In this document: positions 9,167 to 15,929 of the stretch, piece after piece | Layout: every line of letters starts with the position of its first letter | How positions within the stretch are numbered: the first letter of the stretch is position 1 | From: an uncultured Candidatus Saccharibacteria bacterium | Lineage (GTDB): Bacteria; Patescibacteriota; Saccharimonadia; Saccharimonadales; CAZARM01 | DNA: 40,758 nucleotides | Direction: 5' to 3' | Assembly: GCA_964487615.1 (NCBI GenBank) | Contig: CAZARM010000001.1 | Span: forward strand, 98,226 to 138,983 | Notes under the pieces: model-generated | The model's input: only the letters and a program-made list of their open reading frames with translations | The model's database searches: none | Told to the model about the DNA's origin: nothing | Program-made: the position numbers and the translations under genes

Positions 9167-9500
9167 TCATCTCAAGCAATTTCTTAGCTTCAGTCGGATC
9201 ATTATGGTGCTTGCACTCTCCAGCCTGTTTGGTAGCTTTCCAGAATTTGTCATGCAGATCAGGGTACTTTTCCAGGTGTTCTGGCTTAAAATAATCTGTC
9301 CAAAGTACCCAAAGGTGGTGTTTCACCAGCTCAGCTCGTTGCTCAACAATTATCACCGCCCTCAGCTTATTATGCTCATCCAAACCATCGTACTTCTCCA
9401 TGATAGCCAAGATGCTCTGAGCCTCAATACGCGCCTGCGCCGGGTCATAAACACCACACGGTAAATCACAATGTGCATAAACTGGTTTAATTCGAAACAT
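9126..9500 (-). CDS. sodN: Nickel superoxide dismutase
   Basis: Ni-hook HCDLPCGVYDP after a 9-aa propeptide, plus LWVLWTDYFK. Confidence 0.97.
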   Translation of the reverse strand: MFRIKPVYAHCDLPCGVYDPAQARIEAQSILAIMEKYDGLDEHNKLRAVIIVEQRAELVKHHLWVLWTDYFKPEHLEKYPDLHDKFWKATKQAGECKHHNDPTEAKKLLEMIDEIAKIFFETKK

Positions 9501-9590
9501 ATTTCCCTCCTGTTTTTGCTATTTAAAGTATATATCATTTCCATGACTCTGATCATTGACAACTGGATACTTAGTGTTAAAGTAAAATTA

Positions 9591-10079
9591 ATGGCTGCGA
9601 GAGTATTCAGTTTTAATTCGTTTGAATGCTGGGATTGTCCCATGCAGGCGAACTGTGCTGCGGGTCAGCTATTGGAACGCATAAATACTGAAACTAACGA
9701 AGCGGTGGATGGTATTTATCAGTTCCACGGTGATCGACTAGTGCCAGCAGTGGCAGACGGAGAAGTTGTTGACACGTTGATCGACGACTTAGGAAAGAAT
9801 ATGGCCGACGCTTCTGCTAGAGCAACGCGCGTCAGGCGCGGCCTTGAGGTCGCCTTTGTTGATATGGTGAACGCAGACAGCTTAGACGATTCAAGATTTA
9901 TAGAAGCTAACGATCACGCTGTCGAAGTCGAACGAATAATTGATGAATTAGCTGAATTACCTCACTCTACAAAAACGTTAGAGGAAGATGAGATGAGCGA
10001 AGCATTACAAGCAGTTGCTGAGGATATCGTACGCTTTGCCGAACAAGGACTCTGCGCGGCAGCAACAGTGGCAGAATAG
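9591..10079 (+). CDS. Hypothetical protein with N-terminal Cys cluster (CWDCPMQANC) and acidic helical body
   Basis: Long ORF filling the sodN-trmD gap. ATG at 9591 avoids overlap with sodN. Confidence 0.6.
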   Translation: MAARVFSFNSFECWDCPMQANCAAGQLLERINTETNEAVDGIYQFHGDRLVPAVADGEVVDTLIDDLGKNMADASARATRVRRGLEVAFVDMVNADSLDDSRFIEANDHAVEVERIIDELAELPHSTKTLEEDEMSEALQAVAEDIVRFAEQGLCAAATVAE

Positions 10080-10080
10080 T

Positions 10081-10731
10081 TTATCCTTGGGATTTTTCTT
10101 GACGCCATTTCTCTATGGCGGCGTGATTGCCGCTAAGCAACACGTCCGGTACCTTCATGCCTTTAAACTCTTCGGGTCGTGTGTATTGGGGGAATTCTAG
10201 GGTGTCGCCTTCTGAAAAGCTTTCAATCTCGGCTGACTTTTCACCGCCCAAGACTCCGGGGAGTAATCTGACCACTGCGTCTACAAGCAGCATGGCCGGC
10301 AGCTCGCCACCGGTAAGGACAAAGTCGCCAATACTTAGTTGCTGATCAACGACTGTAGTAATTCGTTCGTCGTAGCCCTCATAGCGAGCACAAATGATAA
10401 TCATGCCTTTGTTTTGCTTGGCTACTTTGCGCACCATCGGCTGTCGCAGGCGCTCGCCACGAGGTGTCATAAGGTACACTTGGGCTTCAGGATCCTGTTT
10501 TTTGCAGTGCTCAACGGCAGCAAACAGTGGTTCCGGCTTAAGCAGCATCCCGTCACCACCCCCGTAAGGAGTATCGTCCACCGTTTTGCGTTTGCCCAGA
10601 CCAAAATCACGCAGGCTTACATAAGAGTAGTCCACAATTCCTTTATCTTTGGCCTTGAAGAGCATGCTGGTCTCTAGTGCGGGAGCAAACATTTCAGGAA
10701 ACAGACTGATGATTTGAATTTTCATCTTCAT
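10081..10731 (-). CDS. trmD: tRNA (guanine-N1)-methyltransferase
   Basis: VDDTPYGGGDGM, RYEGYDER, SIGDFVLTGGELPA, PQYTRP and LLSGNH motifs. Confidence 0.98.
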   Translation of the reverse strand: MKMKIQIISLFPEMFAPALETSMLFKAKDKGIVDYSYVSLRDFGLGKRKTVDDTPYGGGDGMLLKPEPLFAAVEHCKKQDPEAQVYLMTPRGERLRQPMVRKVAKQNKGMIIICARYEGYDERITTVVDQQLSIGDFVLTGGELPAMLLVDAVVRLLPGVLGGEKSAEIESFSEGDTLEFPQYTRPEEFKGMKVPDVLLSGNHAAIEKWRQEKSQG

Positions 10732-10749
10732 TATGACATTATACTATTT

Positions 10750-11100
10750 ATGTTCGTCGAAAACGATAGTTTTACGATCGATTACCTGGAACACCACGGT
10801 GGTTTAAGCCTAACTCCCGTGCCGCAATGGACTCATCTATGTGACTACGAGCATATTACAACTGTCGGCCTCACCGCGATTGGCAGTCCTTTAAGGGGTT
10901 ACAAACTTCCACTCTATGCATTTTCCGAATTCTTAGACTCTATGCAAACTATTACTGAAACTCCTATATCACCAGCTCTTGCGCCATGGGAGGATGACCC
11001 ACGATTTGTAGACTCAATCAAAGAGTCGTGGCGCGAAATGCGCGATGCTGCTGAATTTGCACTTCAGTTAGCTGGCGTGGCATACGCTAAGCAAGTTTAA
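10750..11100 (+). CDS. Hypothetical protein
   Basis: ORF divergent from trmD and followed by a hairpin. No family recognised. Confidence 0.5.
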   Translation: MFVENDSFTIDYLEHHGGLSLTPVPQWTHLCDYEHITTVGLTAIGSPLRGYKLPLYAFSEFLDSMQTITETPISPALAPWEDDPRFVDSIKESWREMRDAAEFALQLAGVAYAKQV

Positions 11101-11102
11101 AC

Positions 11103-11127
11103 AAAAAGATCCGCATACTAGCGGATC
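11103..11127 (-). terminator. Intrinsic terminator (U-tract on the minus strand)
   Basis: GATCCGC-ATACTA-GCGGATC stem followed by TTTTT on the minus strand. Confidence 0.7.
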
Positions 11128-11283
11128 GTTCTGTCACATAAAGCTCCAATTCTTTCGAATCGCTCGCATGAGCTTTTACTTGTTTTTGTTTGTTTTGTTG
11201 CTGCTAGGTCACAGCCGAATGTACGATAACTATACTGTAGTTAGATCACATGAAGCAAGTTAATTATCACAACACTATCGACT

Positions 11284-11748
11284 CTAGATATCTAGGTCGT
11301 CTAGGTCTTCTAATTCTTTGCGAGTTTTAGATACGGACTCACTGGTAGTTTGTTCGGGCTCGTCATCTATATCGGTGGCTACCTCGTCGATAGTGGCTGG
11401 CTCATCTGCTGGCGAAGCATGTGAGTCATCATCAGCAGCTACAGAGTCATCATCCCGTGGTGCGGCTGACTGCTGACGGTCATCATCCGCGTGTCGCGGC
11501 TCACCGTTATCTACAATCTTCAAATTGTAGCGAGCATCGTTCTTGGTGCCCAAAGCTCGCAGTAGCGTGCGTAAACTCTGAGCTGTTGCTCCCCGTTTGC
11601 CGATTACGCGGCCTAAATCCTCGGGGTCAACGGTTAGCTCTAGTAATACGCCTTTTTCGTCTATTCGGCGCTCTACGATGACACTGTCAGGCTTCCCGAC
11701 TAGCGACTTAACAATAAACTCTATGAACTGTTGGTCAATGGTACTCAC
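11284..11748 (-). CDS. khpA: KH-domain RNA-binding protein KhpA (YlqC) with acidic C-terminal tail
   Basis: EDLGRVIGKRGATAQSLRTLL motif. Lies downstream of rpsP. Confidence 0.92.
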   Translation of the reverse strand: MSTIDQQFIEFIVKSLVGKPDSVIVERRIDEKGVLLELTVDPEDLGRVIGKRGATAQSLRTLLRALGTKNDARYNLKIVDNGEPRHADDDRQQSAAPRDDDSVAADDDSHASPADEPATIDEVATDIDDEPEQTTSESVSKTRKELEDLDDLDI

Positions 11749-11839
11749 GGATGGACTCCCTTCAATTACGGACTCTGCAATCAGTATATCAAAACCAGAA
11801 AGCGATTCTGGGCGAGGAAACTCTCACAAGGGCGAATTC

Positions 11840-12373
11840 CTAGGCTTCGGTTTTTTCTTCTGCTTCGGCGGGCTCAGCTGTTTCTTCGACTGCAGCGGCG
11901 GCAGGCTCTCCAAGAGCAACTTCTTCTACTGGCTCTTCGGCTGGGGTTTCCACGTCTTCAGCAACTGCTACGGGCTCTTCAGTTGGAGCAGCTGGCGCTT
12001 TGGCAGGAGTTTCTTCTGCGGCTGTGGGCTCCGTCACTGGTTCTTCGGTCTTTGGTTCTTCAGGACGGGTGCTACGACGCTTGTCGGCATTGCGAACTTC
12101 ACGCTTTTTAGCGTCGCTAGTAGCCACCCAGGCTGGCAATTTGACGCCTTCGCTTTTTAATAGCCGAGCTACACGCTCAGAGGGCTGAGCGCCATGAGAC
12201 AAGTAAAAAGTGGCCTTTTCTTTATCTACTGATGTTTCTTTGGTGTGGGGATTGAAGTGACCAAGTGAGGCCACAATCTTTCCACTGGTTGGGGTCCGGC
12301 GTGCGTCCTGGACGACGACGCGGAATTGAGCGTGACCTTTACGGCCAGTACGCTGCATGCGAATGACTAACAT
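11840..12373 (-). CDS. rpsP: 30S ribosomal protein S16 with long Glu/Ala/Pro tail
   Basis: MLVIRMQRTGRK...FRVVVQD...LGHFNP...GAQPSERV pattern. Confidence 0.97.
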   Translation of the reverse strand: MLVIRMQRTGRKGHAQFRVVVQDARRTPTSGKIVASLGHFNPHTKETSVDKEKATFYLSHGAQPSERVARLLKSEGVKLPAWVATSDAKKREVRNADKRRSTRPEEPKTEEPVTEPTAAEETPAKAPAAPTEEPVAVAEDVETPAEEPVEEVALGEPAAAAVEETAEPAEAEEKTEA

Positions 12374-12458
12374 TCAATTTACTCTCTTCCCTGTTAAGTT
12401 TCTTAATAACCAAGCTATTCTACAGATTATCACCTCTGTTGTCAACAAATCTATCGGC

Positions 12459-13100
12459 TTAACCAACAAACCGCATCCCGCCGTCAATGTTATTAATTTT
12501 CTGCACGCACGACTCTGTCTTTTGGTGGATCGCGAACTCATCTAGGGCAAATACTAAAGCTCCCATAGCCAACAAAGTTTCACCAGTTCTTGTAAGCTGA
12601 TCCACGTGGCTCTCATCCACCAAACCCGTAAACGTTTCCCGAGCCATAAACGCTGCACCAACCCCTCCTAAAAAGGGTGGTCCCATGCTTATAGTGGCTA
12701 CGAAATTATCGTTTCCGCTTATGGCTTTAAAATCTGGGAGCCTGTGTTCAGCTAAGTCCTCTCCGTCTTGCTGTAGAACCGTTACGAAATCGCCTGTTGC
12801 AGCATCTTCGGTACCACTGTCCAGGCTGTGACGAAGAGAAAACAATAATACCGTTTCGTCTGCTCTTTTTCGTGCACGAAGCTTTTCAAGCGGTGATGCA
12901 ACCGTGGCTGCCACCAAACTGGCCAGGGCGAAACCATCTGCAGTTCGTCCTTCCGCAGGCGAATCTGCAATAAAAAGACCCGAGCTCAGACCAACAGCTA
13001 GCATTGCACGGCTAAACCACTTAGAAATCTTTAATCGGCGCTTAACGTCGTGAATAGCGTCTTCACGTGTATATGCTTCGGGCACTTTCCGCTCTCTCAT
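12459..13100 (-). CDS. Hypothetical membrane protein
   Basis: Long ORF with several hydrophobic segments. Start uncertain (13100 or 13136). Confidence 0.6.
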   Translation of the reverse strand: MRERKVPEAYTREDAIHDVKRRLKISKWFSRAMLAVGLSSGLFIADSPAEGRTADGFALASLVAATVASPLEKLRARKRADETVLLFSLRHSLDSGTEDAATGDFVTVLQQDGEDLAEHRLPDFKAISGNDNFVATISMGPPFLGGVGAAFMARETFTGLVDESHVDQLTRTGETLLAMGALVFALDEFAIHQKTESCVQKINNIDGGMRFVG

Positions 13101-13220
13101 GTGTTTATTCTGACATATACTTGCCACTATGTCCAATAGTTATATACGCGTACGTCATTTGTTTTGATTTAGTCAATCCATTAATCCATTTCGTCTTTAG
13201 CGAAATGCCCATGGTCTTCC

Positions 13221-13444
13221 CCCGGCTAAAGGAGCACCTGACTAAATGTAGTTATAAATAAGTGTCTTTGAGTGACTGACTCGTGCTTCTGTTGTAGTTG
13301 CTAGTAGCAAGTGCAACTGGAGTGCTTGGCAGTCAAACTTATTTATAACTACAGATAGATAAAGTGTGACGCTCGCCGGGCGCTTCTTTGGTTACTTGCT
13401 TGTCGACACAAGAAAGTAACTCGACCTAGGCAGAAAGCCTAGGG
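13221..13444. repeat. Long nested hairpin element (structured RNA or MITE/REP-like repeat)
   Basis: Perfect 17-bp IR 13247-13263/13337-13353, outer CCCGGC/GCCGGG, inner stems, then two more hairpins at 13391-13420 and 13425-13443. Confidence 0.7.
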
Positions 13445-13470
13445 TGAAATGGTTTTTGGAAAAGAAGAAA

Positions 13471-14169
13471 TTACTTGGCTTGGTAAGCAGACAGCGCCGC
13501 CTCAGCCGCAGAAACCTGCCCCGCCTGCTTGCTGGGCCCCTGCCCCTGCCCCTTCAGCTCACCACCGACGTAGACACCAACAGTAAAGACCTTGTCATGA
13601 TCAGGACCGACTTCTTCTAATACTTTATAGATTGGAGTGTGGCCTTCTTGGCTTTGGACTAGCTCTTGCAAGTGTGATTTGGGATCCATCCAGGAGCCGG
13701 TTTTGAGGATTTCATCAAAGGTTGTCAGTAGATTCTTTTCTATAAATGCCTTGGCGGCGTCATAACCGCGCTCCAGGTAGAGGGCTCCAATGACCGCCTC
13801 AAAGGCGTTGGCTAGAATCTGCGCCCGAGCCCGTGGTGTACCGCGCTTCTCACCACGACTGAGTCGTAGCAGGGGTTCAATCTCGCAACGTGAGGCCGCG
13901 GCACTGATGCTTTCGGTGCGTACCAGGCTGCTCCGCCAGTTCGTCAGTACGCCCTCAGGCTCCGTAAAATTGCCATAAAGATATTCGGTAACAACTAACT
14001 CGAGCACCGCATCGCCTAGGAACTCAAGGCGTTCGTTGTGCTCCTTTGCGGTTTTTTTATGTTCGTTAACGTAGGATCGGTGCGTAAAGGCCATCAGCAG
14101 CAGGTCGATGTCTTTAAACGGACCGCCTAAGTGTTGCGTTGCAAAAACCTGATATGCGTTGGTATCCAT
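13471..14169 (-). CDS. rnc: Ribonuclease III
   Basis: HNERLEFLGDAVL signature and C-terminal dsRBD (DPKS.LQE...GPDHDKVF). Confidence 0.98.
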   Translation of the reverse strand: MDTNAYQVFATQHLGGPFKDIDLLLMAFTHRSYVNEHKKTAKEHNERLEFLGDAVLELVVTEYLYGNFTEPEGVLTNWRSSLVRTESISAAASRCEIEPLLRLSRGEKRGTPRARAQILANAFEAVIGALYLERGYDAAKAFIEKNLLTTFDEILKTGSWMDPKSHLQELVQSQEGHTPIYKVLEEVGPDHDKVFTVGVYVGGELKGQGQGPSKQAGQVSAAEAALSAYQAK

Positions 14170-14196
14170 CCTATATGTTCCTGTAATTCGCTCTCA

Positions 14197-14694
14197 TCAT
14201 AGGTTATCGCTTCTTATCTTCTTGAGGCCCAGCAATATTAGCTTACCGATATCATCATACTCAATTTTATCAAGCGCCTCTGGAGCGGGAAACCATTTAA
14301 TGCCATTCATCCAATCCTCGGCTTGCAGTTGATCGGACTTCCCGAGCGCCTTGACCAAGAAAATCTCTGTGGTCATCAACACTAAGCTAGACATCCGACG
14401 GTAGCGAAAGTTAATCTTGCCCAACCAGTTTAGGACTTTCATCTCCTGCAGGCCGGTCTCTTCACGGATTTCCCGCTCAGCTGTATCACGCGCGCTTTCG
14501 CCCTCTTCAATGTGGCCTTTGGGAATGGTCCAGCGGTTTTTGGCGTCTTGAATAAGCAGGATCTCAACTTGGTTCTTGGGGTTACGTCTGAAAATTACGC
14601 CGCCAGCAGTTGGCTCACGGACTACTTCTTGAATCCCGGGCCGGCGTGTTCGGACGTATTTCTTGAATCCTTGGAGTGGTTTAGGTCGTTTCAT
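14197..14694 (-). CDS. NUDIX hydrolase
   Basis: Nudix box [23 protein letters not shown]. Confidence 0.93.
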   Translation of the reverse strand: MKRPKPLQGFKKYVRTRRPGIQEVVREPTAGGVIFRRNPKNQVEILLIQDAKNRWTIPKGHIEEGESARDTAEREIREETGLQEMKVLNWLGKINFRYRRMSSLVLMTTEIFLVKALGKSDQLQAEDWMNGIKWFPAPEALDKIEYDDIGKLILLGLKKIRSDNL

Positions 14695-15163
14695 TAGTTG
14701 GTTCTTTCTTGACTCGGGGCTTGTTCTCGTCAGATTCTGGTAAGTGCTTTTTCAGCACCGTACCAAGGACCCCGTTGATAAACTTGGATGAATTATCACC
14801 TCCAAAGCCTTTGGCCAGTTCGACGGCTTCGTTGATGACAACTTTGGGTGGTGTGTCGTGCTCGTTTAATAGCTCGTAGGTGCCTATACGCAAAATGATG
14901 CGGTCTATACGCGCGATCTGGTCGATTGGCCATTCTGGCGCAATTGGTTGGAGGAGCTCGTCAATCTCTGTCTGCTTGAGTGTAATTTGATTTACTAGCC
15001 GCTCAATGAATGCCCGATCCTCCACCATGTCGCGGTAGCGGGCGATATTACGGGCTAAGACGTCTTTGAGTTTGAATGTCACATCATTGCAGTCACGACG
15101 AAAATCCTGTTCATACAGAGTCTGTAGAGCGATGATGCGGCCGAGGTGACGATTAGCACTCAT
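14681..15163 (-). CDS. nusB: Transcription antitermination factor NusB
   Basis: [31 protein letters not shown]...S.KFINGVLG pattern. Confidence 0.97.
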   Translation of the reverse strand: MSANRHLGRIIALQTLYEQDFRRDCNDVTFKLKDVLARNIARYRDMVEDRAFIERLVNQITLKQTEIDELLQPIAPEWPIDQIARIDRIILRIGTYELLNEHDTPPKVVINEAVELAKGFGGDNSSKFINGVLGTVLKKHLPESDENKPRVKKEPTNETT

Positions 15164-15253
15164 TGAGCTATCTCATAAGCTATATTGTTAAGTTAATCTT
15201 GTTTGCGGATGTTATTGGTATTAGGCACTGCCTATAGTATAACCTGAAAAAGC

Positions 15254-15406
15254 TTATACTTTGGCGATCTTCTTGCCTGTCTCTTTGTTTGTAGTGTGGA
15301 CCTTCACCGGTGACGTGGCGTTAACTTTGCGTGCTAGTTCTAGCACCAAGTGGCTGCGGCGCGTGCCGGTGCGGCGGGGACTGGTTCGTTTCTTGGGCTT
15401 TCCCAT
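15254..15406 (-). CDS. rpmF: 50S ribosomal protein L32, Cys-less form (50 aa)
   Basis: Below the ORF-track cutoff. Translates as MGKPKKRTSPRRTGTRRSHLVLELARKVNATSPVKVHTTNKETGKKIAKV, with the L32 PKK.TS..R...RRSH motif and SD AAGGAG. Confidence 0.85.
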   Translation of the reverse strand: MGKPKKRTSPRRTGTRRSHLVLELARKVNATSPVKVHTTNKETGKKIAKV

Positions 15407-15536
15407 GAGAAATCAACTCTCCTTATCTTTTACCTGTATTTGCAAGGCAGTATAGCTTATTCATACGGTTTTCTCAACCCCACAACAGATCGCGACTATT
15501 GACAAAAAGTTTGTTATATTGATATGATAATTTCTT

Positions 15537-15911
15537 ATGAGTGATGCTGATCCAGGCAGAGATAATGAAGCACGTAGTAGTAGACGTATATGGGCACTGT
15601 TTCTGGCGCTTGGAATTGGTGTTCCGGCTGTCGGAGCGTGGGCATATACAGTCGATATACCGGAAGGCTGTGTTGCCGACCAACCAGCCAAAGTCACTCT
15701 TGATGTCAGCAGCGGTGAACCTGACTTTGATGTTATGGCTCATAGTGTAATAGGTGCTGGTCCAGATCATTACGGAGACGCTGCTCAATACCTCAAAGAT
15801 TGGAACCGCAAAAGAGATGATGGTGGTATGCGGACAGCCGAAGACGTAAGGCAAGGTAATTTTTATCTATACAAAGAAATATTCTGTGCTGACGAAGGTG
15901 CTGACGAATAG
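15537..15911 (+). CDS. Hypothetical membrane-anchored/secreted protein
   Basis: One N-terminal TM segment, two Cys, and a -10-like TATGAT just upstream. Confidence 0.6.
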   Translation: MSDADPGRDNEARSSRRIWALFLALGIGVPAVGAWAYTVDIPEGCVADQPAKVTLDVSSGEPDFDVMAHSVIGAGPDHYGDAAQYLKDWNRKRDDGGMRTAEDVRQGNFYLYKEIFCADEGADE

Positions 15912-15929
15912 TACGCGTAAAGCTTTCTG

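Noticed and set aside
11421-12188. Long + strand ORFs (11421, 11597, 11731) and similar antisense ORFs over leuS, ligA, lemA and others
   Set aside because: Shadows of well-supported genes on the opposite strand with no recognisable motifs.
13221-13444. SRP (4.5S) RNA, suggested by position near rnc/rpsP
   Set aside because: No GNRA-capped helix-8 motif with the CAGG/AGCA internal loop seen on either strand.
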